Shown here: one piece after another, positions 37,538 to 49,604 of the stretch
Layout: each line of letters begins with the position of its first letter
Position numbering within the stretch: the first letter of the stretch is position 1
Assembly: GCA_000934665.2 (NCBI GenBank)
Contig: KZ538715.1
Coordinates: 1 to 51,932, forward strand
Reading direction: 5' to 3'
DNA length: 51,932 nucleotides
Source: Catajapyx aquilonaris
Taxonomy: Eukaryota
Notes under the pieces: model-generated
The model's database searches: none
What the model saw: the letters and a program-made list of their open reading frames with translations, nothing else
What the model was told of the DNA's origin: nothing
Translations under genes and position numbers: made by a program

Positions 37538-39406
37538 TATTATATAAAACTGGTTTCTAATGAGATTCGTTACGTTGGCTAGAAAAAATAAACTTTCAGC
37601 GAGTTAGCAGCAGATAGCTAAAAAAAAAGGTCGTGTCAATCGATACCATACTCGTGTCATCAACTCGGGAATGAGAAGTGGATTCAGGGAACCGTGATAC
37701 ACACTGTTCTTTGTTTGCTTAACCCACCGTTTTCATTTCTGGGGCCGCTCAAACTCAGGAGTTTTTCTCCAAAATGCAGCACGTATGCTGGGTACGCAGA
37801 AAGGTGTGACGTGAGTAGGAGTTCAAATTAAATTAACGCCACTTCCCACCAGCTCACTTTCCACACATGCCTGAGTACTCATATGTTCGCTTTTTTTTAT
37901 AGTTATTTTAAACCAAGGGCCAAGGTCAACCAAAAGAGCGCTTTACGCCAGAAAGTGTTATTTCCGCCTCGAACTTTACCGAATTAAAAAAATAAACTGC
38001 ACTCCTTCCAAGTTTAATATCTAATTATGAAATACCTGAGTTTGCCCTTGAAATACCTAGTAATAGCTGTTAATGGCATAATTACATGAATTCCACCTAA
38101 CTTATCGCGTACCGGTAGTTATACAGTTGAATATTTAAGTCAGGCAATATTACGGTTTTTGACACTTTCTGTATTTAAATTGGCAAAAATTCCTACCCAT
38201 CATTTATGTGGAATCTTCCTACTGCCCCACAGCATAATGTGATTGCGGGACCCACCTCATGTAAGCGGATTGAAAATTTTGCAGCTTTGTACCGCTTTGT
38301 ACTAATATCTACAGTAACACGCTAATTTAGTTTACTATAGCTGTCCAGATTTACCTATATGCGATGTACAGGAAAGCAGATTACGGAGGGTGGCAAAAGA
38401 AGCCCATATTTTCTAAATGCATTGCCTCATATTGGCTGATGGTATATGCAAAGTTACTTGTTAATCACACATACCGATATAAATTCACTGGGGATGAAAA
38501 AGTACTTTAGCTTGTTCAATTGCTTAGCAGTTTATTGATAAAAAAATGTACTGCATAGCGCCATATAGGCCAATACCGACGCAAGGTTTCAGGGCCTAAG
38601 TTTATGAACACGTTTTTCCTTTGTTTTAATTTACGGCTCTGCCAATTTATTGCTCCCAGCTTCTCATTTTCTGACCAAAACGCTATGCTTCCCAGTTCTC
38701 ATAAAAAAGACTATTTATCAGTGCCCACGTAACAGGCGGCCGTAGATCGATTTAGTGCGCATATGCACAGTGCAGCCTAATACTAAACCCAAAGTGTTGA
38801 GAGGCCCTTGTTATTAAGAGGATTCGATTGGCCAAAATGTTTCTTCCAAAAATATTTATAAAAATATCACCCACAAAATCCAACTGCAACAGATATGCTT
38901 AGCTTATCGTTATTCTATAAGTTCAAGAAAAAAATATATATTGGCTTCACAAGTCGTTAGTGTCCCCGTTTCTTGCCAGAAATTCAATACCACTTCCAAA
39001 ATGTGCCACCAAGTGCTGTGTCATTTCTTTCCGGAGTTTTGATGAGGAATTAATGGTCCAGCAGACTTTGCTTATCTCTAGGACGAGGCTACATAGCAGG
39101 AGAAGTGGTTGGGTAGAGAGGTGAATGGGTCAGGGGGTAAAGGAGTGGATAATCCGGTGATAAGAGGCTCCCTAAACTAATAATGGAGGCCTGACTGCTT
39201 TGAGGATTAGCCGTAATCCTTATATGGTGTAGTGCTTACGAGTCACAAATTCCGGCCCTTTCAGTTTTAGTGCTTGCTATCACACATGACCAAATAGGGT
39301 GATGTGATGAGGTAGAACACAGTAACAAAGGTACTGAGGCAATTCAGATTAGTCATGTGGGTTCAGCCATGTTTGGTCCGACAGCTCCTGGGAAGTTAGG
39401 ACAGTA

Positions 39407-39574
39407 CAGTACTGGCCAATAATCGAGGCAACGACTAGCGACATTTTCCCGAAGCGGCAGAAGAAGGAATCGAAGATAAGCATGCTACAAGCCGGGCGAG
39501 CAAGATTCCTTCTTCTGCCGATGCCGCTTCGGGAAAATGTCGCTAGTCGTTGCCTCGATTATTGGCCAGTACTG
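39407..39574. mobile_element. young Tc1/mariner-type MITE related to family C
   Basis: TA|cagtactggccaataatcgaggcaacgactagcgacattttcccgaagcggca is a perfect 53-bp TIR, with TA TSD on both sides. Shares ctagcgacatttt...gcggcagaag with family C. Confidence 0.93.
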
Positions 39575-41339
39575 TACAAGTTGTGTAATGGACCTAATTT
39601 GCATTTGCATTGTCGGATTTGGATATGGAAGTCGCATCAGTGTTAAACTAATATTTTCCTCTCATAGCTCACTACAGCTACGTTTTAAATAATTCCTTAT
39701 CGGAAGCTCGACTCCAAAATCTAATTATTTCCAACACTTCAAAGAACAGGAAAACAATCAGAAATCCTTCTTTAAGAGCTGTAAGCATCTACTATTTACG
39801 TCTTATTCGCCCCATGTACAAGCCCAGCAGGAGCCAAAAGGCTGGCTCTCTCTGTGTTCTGGAAACTTCATAAGCCTATTATTTATGGCTACGTTACAGG
39901 AAATAATTCCAATGACGGGGTCCCGTAGGTCCCATAGTAGTATATTCTAACACAAAAGCGGGTGTCAGTGGAACATTTATTAAAACTCCCCCCTCTCCAC
40001 TTAGAGGCCACAGTTCGAATCCCGAAGCAGGTGCTGCTCCAATATTGTCGGTTCTATATAGGACTGGAAACGCTTATTACCTGTCCGACATAAGTCATAT
40101 TGGCAATACCAAGTAATACCTTGTATGAAGGGTGATATTATTGCACTCCTTATTTAGATATATTTTGTAGGCTTACTTAGTGCCATAAATTTGAATACAA
40201 TTTGCATATGGGCAATAATTTGAAATGGCTATAGGTTATGAACCGTTGTACTTTTTGGAGGGACGTACTAGTTGACTTAACTACTGCTTTTCAGGACTGG
40301 ACGGATGATTAGTTCGCATATGATTTGCGCACGGATGCTATTCATGGCCGAGTCCCATAGGAACACCCATCCATGTACCGATGAATTTATGATTTCCACA
40401 TGCATTGGGTGTGACTCTTAATAAAACAGGGAGAGGCCGTCGGGGATTGGCGTCAAGGTGATGAAACTAATCTAACTGCAGGTGTTCATAGTTGACAACT
40501 TGTTCTATGACAAATACTGGACAGAATGATGTCCCACTTCATGTATTTGGTATTATACATTTGCATCATCCGACACAGGTGGGAACAAAAGTACGCAAAA
40601 CCGTCCCAGATCTAATACAATGGATAGTTCGTCCACTTTTCTAAAAAGTTGCGTTATTTTAATATGCAACTGTCATCAATTCTAAAGCAAGCATGGGAAA
40701 TCTAACTTGTACCGTCGCGTCGTCACACATTTTGCACACCATCGTAATTTCTAATCAGGTTGGACAATCAGGTGAATATTGGACGAATCTCCCTTAATAA
40801 GCTATCTTCACAATTTATGTTAGGATTTAATAATGTTCCCTAGATTTCACAAAATTACTCTAAATGCCTGGCCTAACGACCAATATGCGTGAATGAATCT
40901 GTCACTTGACAAATGACTCCATGCAAAGGTATTTATATTAGAAGGGCAACCCCCGACGTGAAATCGATTCTTGCCGAACAAATGAATGCAAATTTATCAA
41001 ATCATATGTTTAATTGTCTGTGATTTGCTTTTCCCCTATCCACCGCCCGCATTGCAACCTGTGGGCGCCAATAAGGATCAACAGGGAGGATGGTGGCCCA
41101 TAAAAGTGACAGACGCGAGGGCCTATACCACCCTTAATCCGACCATACGACGAAATGGCATGGCACCCACCATTAACAACGTAGACGTCGATGAGGCAAC
41201 GTCAATGGTAGGCCTTTCTGGCACAATATGAGGGACAAAGACGACAGAAAAGTAGCACCGCTCGCTTCATACGACACTATATACAGTATACGTATGAAAG
41301 TTACAATACAAGAAGCTAGTCTATATTATTAATACCGTA

Positions 41340-41672
41340 CTGTGATGGCGATTATTCCCGCTGTGTACGGCCTACAGCATTGGAAGTGATGTCAAAATTT
41401 AGCCCGCGTGTCCTATATTTGCAATAAACTTTTGTTTTTTGGAAATAGTGTCCAGGGAATTTATAAAACGCAAAAAACTCCGACCGCCTTTAAAAAACCA
41501 ACCACCACGGAGTTCCCATAAACCCCGTTCCGGCCGCTGGCGCTACCTTGTACTTCGGTACTTCGCAGTCGGATGTCGCTGCCTGGTCCGCGTCTCTCTC
41601 TCCCTCTCCCTCTCGACTTTCGCAATTTTGCCTAATTTTTTTGCCTAATTTTGGCAAGTTGGTGCCTAGTTT
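41340..41672 (+). mobile_element. dispersed repeat family D, copy 2
   Basis: Reverse complement of 11929-12256. Confidence 0.85.
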
Positions 41673-41703
41673 AATCATATCATAGTATTTGACCACTTGT
41701 TTA

Positions 41704-41962
41704 CAGTAGCCTACCCACAGCATAACTTCTCAAAAAAAGGATTATAGGCGCTCTCTCCCCCTCCACTCCACAGCAGACACCCTATAAGCGATCTGATTGG
41801 TGGAGCAGAGGGCGGGGGCCTCTGCTCCACCAATCACATCAGTGGGTACAGCGCAGTGCAAAAGAAATGCTCTTTTGAAACCCGACCGTGTATGGCTTAA
41901 CCGCAGAGGTCGCAATATTCAGGACATGCCTTTTTTGTTGAGAAATTAGGATGTGGGCACTG
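41704..41962 (+). mobile_element. MITE family E, uninterrupted copy
   Basis: TA|cagt..cccacagcataacttctcaa ... ttgagaaattaggatgtgggcactg|TA. Central hairpin tgattggtggagcagagg / cctctgctccaccaatca. Confidence 0.9.
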
Positions 41963-43026
41963 TATATGCAAGTGAAGACAGAAAATCCTGGCCTGCAGGC
42001 TCATTACGAACACTTGGTACATATAGCCCATATATTTTACTGTACCGAACAACACCAGCCTAAGGTATCCCTGAAGTGATTGAATATAAGCGCCTCATTA
42101 AATCGCAGTATAGGCAAAGACTACCATGACTTTCAATTGAAATGGTACAGTCGTAACCACGTAGCACATTATTCACAGCCTTACCCTGCTCACAGCGGGA
42201 GCCTGTAGTATCTCCGGTCGTTTATATTCATTTACGGCAAATAAAACCCAGCGCGCTAGTCCAAGTCTAGCGCTAGGACATGTTCAGATAGAGGCACAAC
42301 CAATATCGCCCTTTTTACAGGGCATCTCTATCGCGTGCAGGATACAGTGCGCTTTGCTCGCAGTTATACGATTCGGCTCCCAGGCACTATAGCTTCGTGC
42401 CTAACAATACAGATCGGGATTATATTACTTTGGCACGATTGCGCGAATATCCTGCTAAATAATGGTAATTTACAATCGTGTCTGTAGAATCCTATGAGAC
42501 AATGGAGCAGTGACCTCTGGCAGCGTGGGAAATTATAAAAGCGGGTCATGCTATACCTCCAATGGTTTATGTACAAGTAAATATAAAATTTAATTTTCAA
42601 CCACATTCGTACTATTTATGGAAGCGTTCCAAATCGTGCCAGCTATGCTTTTTTTAACGGAAGTGTGCGAGAGTCCACCAATAACGCTGGAGGCTGTGAA
42701 GTACTCTCATTCATCACTTATCACTGTCGGCACTATCGACAACAGAATGCTAGGGAAAGTACATTAAATGATTACGGTTTTCGAATACACTGTACAGTAC
42801 ATTATTCGAAACACTGGCCAAATCCGCCTTTCTGCATCCCTCCAGGGTGAACCCTGAATCACTTCGAACCTTAATACCAAGTATATAAAAGAAAACCATG
42901 TACTGGACCGGGAAATGATATATACATATTTGAAATATGACTTGCACTGTACTCGTCCCTGTCTGCTATTCCTATGAGGATTTTAAAAATGGAACTATCG
43001 CCGCATCGCCCTAAGGAAGAGACATA

Positions 43027-43237
43027 CAGGGTGTTTCAACTTTTTTGTCCGAACAGTTATCGGAAATATTGCACTATAAGCTGCTACTTTGTAAGCAGTG
43101 ACTTGCAACCGGTTTGTCGGAGGAATGGGGAATATTCCCTGCGAATCTTAGGTTGAAGTGGCACACACTGCTTACAAAGTAGCAGCTTAGTGCAATATTT
43201 CCGATAACTGTTCGGACGAAAAAGTTGAAACACCCTG
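43027..43237. mobile_element. MITE family A, copy 3
   Basis: TA|cagggtgtttcaacttttttgtccgaacagttatcggaaatattgcacta ... aaagttgaaacaccctg|TA. Confidence 0.93.
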
Positions 43238-43360
43238 TATTTACAATATGGAGTGATTGGAATGTAGACTCTGTTCGAATGTAATCAGGACAATCCATCA
43301 ACTCCCGTGTGATTTTAAATGCTAAACCTGCGCAGCACAGCATTTTGTAACGTTCCCCAC

Positions 43361-43520
43361 TAGATGGCGTGGGTGGACCTGGGGAGAGGTACGAGGTTGT
43401 AATCAGTCGTGATACAGCCGGAGACGAGGCTAGGACTAATAAATACGTTGTTGGCACCTGTCACCTGTGTATTATTGGACCACGACACTACGTGACCTCT
43501 CGGGGCGGTCAGCTCATACA
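43361..43520 (+). repeat. old dispersed repeat homologous to 28316-28520
   Basis: Shared blocks agatggcgtgg, gtgatacagccggagacgaggctag and acctgtgtattattggaccacgac. Confidence 0.6.
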
Positions 43521-46500
43521 CCAACCACCTCTTATGCAGCCAAACTTGGGCCACGATCCAGCATAAACCAGGCTGGAAAACACGCCATCCAAGAGTTATA
43601 AATAATACGTCACTGTTAACTACTCCCCATGCAGATAAATAAATCGCCGCTGTAAAAAGCCCCAACCCGTAGCCTCAATTTCGGACGTCTACATAATTAA
43701 TAAGGGGGGGGGGGGGGCTCCCGCGTACGTAAATACCTCGTATATGTATACCACCTGCTCTCACTTTGGCTCTGTAAACATCCGGGTGTCATGTTCTTTG
43801 GTTCAGGGATACGTGCAGCCGCATTGTTGTCCCGTCGCTTTCGAGCACTGCGGTTATACAGGCGTGAAAACCATTCTTTCTGTGTGCATTAGCGAACTTC
43901 CTATTTATCCAGGGAAGAGCCAGGGAATTACTGAAATTAGAAACTTTGCCCCCCCCCCCCCCCCCCCCCNNNNNNNNTTTCCCCCCCCCCCCCCCGCCGC
44001 CCTCCAGAGGGGGGTATGCACATTATATTAGGCTAGGGTGAATATTCGTCCGAAACAAAAGTCGCACTCACTGTACTTCTCCTATTTCTATTTGTCGACT
44101 TGTAATTGCTTTCCTGGGCCTAGATGGTGTTGAATAATGTACCAGGGACTGTTAATGGGGCTTGGAAAACTGTGAGCCCTCTGATGCAATTGGATCTCCG
44201 GAGTACGTAATCCAAGAATTCACACGTACTCAGAAACTCGTATGGTAAGGCAAGTGTGTGATTTACATTTGCGGCTCAATGAGCAATGTGGTACCGGATG
44301 GGGTGTGTTTAATGAAGATCTTTCAGAGTTAGAGGAATCGATTAGAGAGAGGGGGGGGGGGGGGAATTCAAATGCTTAAAAAGTATGGGTTGGACCTAAC
44401 TTTACGGTTCATTATGTGCCAAAAACAAGGGCAAGAGCTTACTTGGCTTGCCGACTAATCGAACCGCGTTGCTTGAACTAAAGCAGGAAAATGCTCTAGC
44501 ATTTCATGACCTTTAAAAGCCGCCTATTCGTTTCTAATGGTGTGGAATGTGCAGACAATAGAGAAATATTATGAGATTCAAGTCGCAAGGTTTACTGTCA
44601 TCCTCTCATTATTTTAGATAATTTTGAGCCATCGGCATCGAATAATGTGCCATACCACAGTTAAGGATATCCCTGATGCATAAAATGTGCCAGATTTTTA
44701 GCCAAATTCATGGCTATCTGAAAATAATCAGCTAGTAACAAGGGAGCTATATTGACTAGGAAATCGGTTTTATCTTTTCATTTTGCTCCACACTCAAATC
44801 AGAATGGCAGTATTTGAAGAAAGTGCTGTGGTCAATTTGATGATACCTAAAATAGTATAATGACTAATAATTGTTCTATATCAAAGTGATTTCAGGTATG
44901 TTGCAATACTAAGCCGATTGTAGCCTACTGTACTAATGGTACAATCGTCTATCAGACGATTGAGCTGTGTCCTTTGACACTGGGCACATGCACAAAATAG
45001 ATGAGCCAGCATGAAAGGCCAAGTATTACTGTTGATAAGTGGTATAATGGCATGAAATAATCTTTGTCTCATATATGTTCGTATCAACCAAACGATCGAA
45101 GCTCATTACCATTCGCTCCTTGCACTGAGTGGATAGACTCCACGAGATTTATAGAAGACTATAGATATACGCGGCTGCTGAGTCCAAACATGATTGTGTA
45201 TGTTGATCCTTTTGTGCCCAGCTTACAAGGCGACCTTTTGAAATCCCTAGAGAAGCTCTACAAAATCCCTACGCTAATTTTGCAACTTGGGAAGCCTCTT
45301 CGAAACTTTTGCAGAGGAGGGCATCAGGACAAATGCCTCCCGGTGTCACACATGTCAAACAACCCTGGGTGTCCTTGCCTACATTTTCTCCCTGGATGCT
45401 GCAGCTGAAAGGCCAATTATAGTGCGGCAGACTATGCATGCACTAGAGCATGTTCTATTTGCCAGCCATTCACACAATTGTGCAAAAGTGTGCGTAAAGG
45501 TCGCGATGTGAATATGGGGCCAAATCACCGGATGTTACTCCAACTCAGCTCTATAAACTGCACGTGTCGTTTTTTGTGCTGTACTCGAACAAGTTAAAAG
45601 TACTTTTCGCAAATCGGACTGCAAAGGGCAGAGAGGACATGGAGCGAGGTCGTATAGGTGGAACACTAGAATGCGAAATATGGCAAATGCGAAAGTAATG
45701 AAAGAATCCACGAGTTTCGCTTGGAAACCGTATGACGACATGGATAACCTCCACAGTTCATAACTTGATTATATAAAAACGCCCACAACATGTCAGATAA
45801 AAGCAAAGAAACCATATCAATGTGAATTTAGCATACACGGGAATATAAAAGTTTAAAACTTTCCGTTGAATCCAATTTTGAACTTAAAAAGCGAAATACA
45901 AACCAGTAAGAAGCCAAAGAAGATAAAAATTCACGAGGCTTTCATATTCAATCTTTCCTCGATGAAGAATTTCATTTAATATAATACCTTCATTAGTCAC
46001 AAAAAAAAATACTGTTTGGATTGGCGCAGTAAGCCCAGTGCTATAGATAGGTCTTCTTTGGAAAGTTTAAATATGGATATAATATTACACTGAGCTCATT
46101 TCGGCAAGAGAAAACCTAATTAAACTGGGAAAATCAAACGCGCGTAATGTTATAGTTGCTCGTATAAAAAAAACACACCAGTTCATTTATATAATAACAA
46201 AATTACATAATATCAGGGCTTTTCAAATTTATTGCCTAAACAAATAGCTGACCACCTCCTTACTATTTTTCTGGTTACAATCATCATCATATGCAGACGT
46301 AGGAGTCGTACAAAAATGTATATCATCCAAATAAGTTAAAAGCACACCAATGTGACAAATGCATTGTCGCATATCCGGCATGTTGCGAAACTTGTTAAGA
46401 TTTCTTTTGGGCACACTGATTATTAATTATGGTGTCAGAGATTATTAATCGATATTCATAGGCCTATAATACTGCAGGCACGCCTGACAGTTTTTAATAC

Positions 46501-47150
46501 AATAACAGATTATGCTGGTGATAAATACCTCGGGTATTATACTCATCCATGAATATACTCTTTTCGGGGCATCAAAGTGTTATTGATTGTTATTCCACAC
46601 TTGAACAGTTTCTGGGAAAATCGGCATGCGGTACCACACGATTGTAAAAAAAAGAGTGACAGAAATGTGCTTTGAAAAATTTTACAACAATTCTTTTGAA
46701 AAAAAAAATCGTGTCCAAACAGAACAATATTTCAACTGAGCATGTGCTCCAACGACTCTCTCCAATAGTTTGCATGCAATAGAAGACTTTCGCCGAGACT
46801 AGCACCAGGCTAGTGACAAAAATGCAATACGAAAAATATCCACGTCATATTCCACAATGTTCATGGGTTAAATATCGGCGTACGATGTGGGGAGAAAAAA
46901 AACTAGGAAACTGGAAAAGTCGAAACTAATGTCCTGTGGCGGAGAGTGAGTGGGCAGCGAACAAGGTGAGAGGAGTCTGAGAGTTCCTGTAATTGCATAA
47001 GCTCTTACAAATATGCTCCGACAAAGCCATTTTGAATATTAGTTGGCAGAAACCTTATTAACCGCCAATAATCTACTGTAAATGCAGTAGCAAAGAAAAA
47101 ACTCATACGGTGTTAACCTACGTTTTGAACGGTTATTTAATGAAGTTCCA

Positions 47151-47438
47151 TCTATATAAATAAAGCCGTTTGTGATCTCTGTCTGTCTGTCTGTCTGTCC
47201 GCCTGGAACTCCGACCGTCATTTCCCTGCCATCTGTGGTCCGCCTCCTACAGCTCCACCCTCTCCCGCCTGGAACGCCGACCGTCATTTTCCTGCCATCT
47301 GTGGTCCGCCTCCTACACCTCCAACATCTCCCGTCATTCCTTTAATTAAGATTCTTAATTACACGTATTTTTTTGTCTGTCCTTTTCAGCTTGCTTTCCA
47401 TACATTTCTTCCCGAGCAACCTCGGGTATCGCAGCTAG
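47151..47438 (+). mobile_element. non-autonomous Helitron, copy 3 (subfamily variant)
   Basis: A|TCTATATAAATAAAGCCGTTTGT, (CTGT)n, an internal tandem duplication of about 65 bp, hairpin CCCGAGCAACCTCGGG, then GCAGCTAG|T. Confidence 0.92.
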
Positions 47439-48976
47439 TATACATATATGTGCACTTTTCAATTATGTCAACTATGGAATTTGTAGAAAATGGTGACGAC
47501 ATATTCAGGCCTGTGGGAAATGCATAAGTAGTAATCCCTGGTACACTAACTCGATGCACAATTCAGTCCAGTTTACACTGACCAACATGACAGGAATAGA
47601 GGTAGCTGCAAAAATATCTGCAGCAGTGACATAAAATCACATGAAGTTCGTGTAGGTTATGCATGATAAGCATGTAAGCAGCTGCTGCAGCATGTTGCTG
47701 CATAATGCTCCAGGGTGTAAAAAGGACTTTACTGCATGACGGATTTCTACCATTATGCAGGTTTCCGATCGTCAGCAGTCTGGCGTGGATCGACTTCATG
47801 ACATTACAATTCAAAGTGGAATGTCTACTTGTGGAATTAATGCCACTGCTATTGAAAAAGGATGGCGACCACCCAACTGTGTAATGGGAGTGGTTGAACC
47901 CGCAATATATGCTGAGCCATAATGAGTGTATTCAGGTGATACATTATCACTGCATATGAAAGTGGAATAAAATTATGTAAACGCAATTCTGTACGCTTAT
48001 GTTCACTATTCCCATTAATTTTTTAGCAAGCAGCAGGGAAGCTAGTAATATAACATATAAATAATAATTCAAAAATCATAACATGCAATAGTCATACTGA
48101 TACTTTTAACCTTTATGCTGCATAGGAATTTGGCATTGAACGATGAAATAGTACAGCCCATGCTTAAAATCCCGAACATTTTTATATACACGTAGCTCTG
48201 TAGAGAAAATACAACTTGCCACATACAAAATTGCACACTGTGTAACTTTTATGTACACCGTGAGAAAGCGAGTGTCATAAAAATTGAATGTTCTAAAAAC
48301 ACATTTTTACTATCTAAAAAAAACCTCCTAGAGTCACACTCTGATCCTTCATTTTTACGTGTTAATACATTAAACGTAGCAGCGCATCTGTAGTAAAAAT
48401 GCCTCATTGCCTAGAACTTTACGATGATATTATCTCCCTAGAATTGCGAATAATTTAAAGTTTACTCGTCTCTCAAGACGTCATAAATATGGAACCGTGA
48501 GACGAGCATGGTCACAGCAGGAATGGGTCTTGTCATAAAACGTTTACTGGCCCTGCTCATTTTATATACTGTAAATTATTCTTCGATACTCATTTTTTTT
48601 TCTGTGTCACTTACTCTCTCGGAATCATCTCAGTAAAATGTCGTCGGCATCGTTGATGAAAATGTGGGTTTTAAAATGTAAATTCCTCTCTCACATCATG
48701 TCACCGACCACTCAATTGTGCATAAATTATTACAGTTTCACTTTTAATATGTAAATACAGAAATATGCTTTCCATATTGGGAATGTATGTTAACCACTTC
48801 AAACAAATTGTACTACTGTGCATAACCACGTCCAGGCGATAGTAAACAGCAGGCTAAGTGCCGATCATGAAGAGCTCAAATAATTATGTTGGATCTGGTG
48901 TTGACAAACCCTACAGAGTGTATAGGTGTGCGGTCAAATCAAAAGTTTATAGTCATGAAGTAATTATTAGCCTGAA

Positions 48977-49225
48977 GGGCGACACGGTGGCGAAGTGGTT
49001 AGCGCCACAGCCTTCCACCTCTAAGGTCCCGAGTTCGATCCCCGGGTCGCGCAGAGGATACTTATGTGGATAGAGTTTCGATGGGTTCTCTCCGTGTTCG
49101 CGTGGGTTTTCTCGGGGTTCTCCCGCTTCCTCCCACAATCAAAATCCATCACACGCAGACAATGATTAAAGTCGGTTTACGAAAAGGTGATCCCCTAAGA
49201 GGCCCAAGGCCTATCACGGGGTATC

Positions 49226-49279
<54 letters not shown>
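48977..49279 (+). mobile_element. V-SINE (tRNA head, V-domain core, stem-loop tail, (TTA)n)
   Basis: A box tggcgaagtgg and B box agttcgatccc. The core gttctctccgtgttcgcgtgggttttctcggggttctcccgcttcctcccaca matches the V-SINE central domain as I recall it. Tail cccctaagaggcccaaggcctatcacggggta, then (TTA)n. Confidence 0.88.
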
Positions 49280-49280
49280 G

Positions 49281-49553
49281 TACCGAAGCAGGTTGGTGTA
49301 GTGGATATGGAGTCCGCCTGCTAATCGGGAGGTCCTGGGTTCGAATCCCGGGGCCGGCGACCCTGACCGCGGTTTTCTGTGGTTTTCCACGGTCCTCCCA
49401 GGATAATTCCGGGGTCGTTTCCGTAAAAACAGGCCACAGCCGCTTCCTTCCGTCCCTATCCTATCCCAAAAAGCAAATAAAATGAAAGCAAAGAGTTCCA
49501 GTCAAAACAAAAATTTCCCCCCTAAAGAGCCGCCGGCTGATAACGGGGTATGA

Positions 49554-49604
<51 letters not shown>
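49281..49604 (+). mobile_element. tRNA-derived SINE, second family, directly behind the V-SINE
   Basis: A box tggtgtagtgg and B box ggttcgaatcc. Core ggttttctgtggttttcc...ccaggataattccgggg...ggccacagccgcttccttcc. Tail cccccctaaagagccgccggctgataacggggta, then (TTA)n. Second copy at 32540-32819. Confidence 0.9.

Noticed and set aside
39958..40035. B-box-like gttcgaatccc
   Set aside because: No clear A box, body or tail. At most a decayed SINE head.
45064..45511. 114-aa and 74-aa ORFs in unique DNA
   Set aside because: No domain recognised and no consistent exon boundaries.
49066..49485. 139-aa ORF with poly-Leu
   Set aside because: It reads through two SINEs, and the poly-Leu is the (TTA)n tail.
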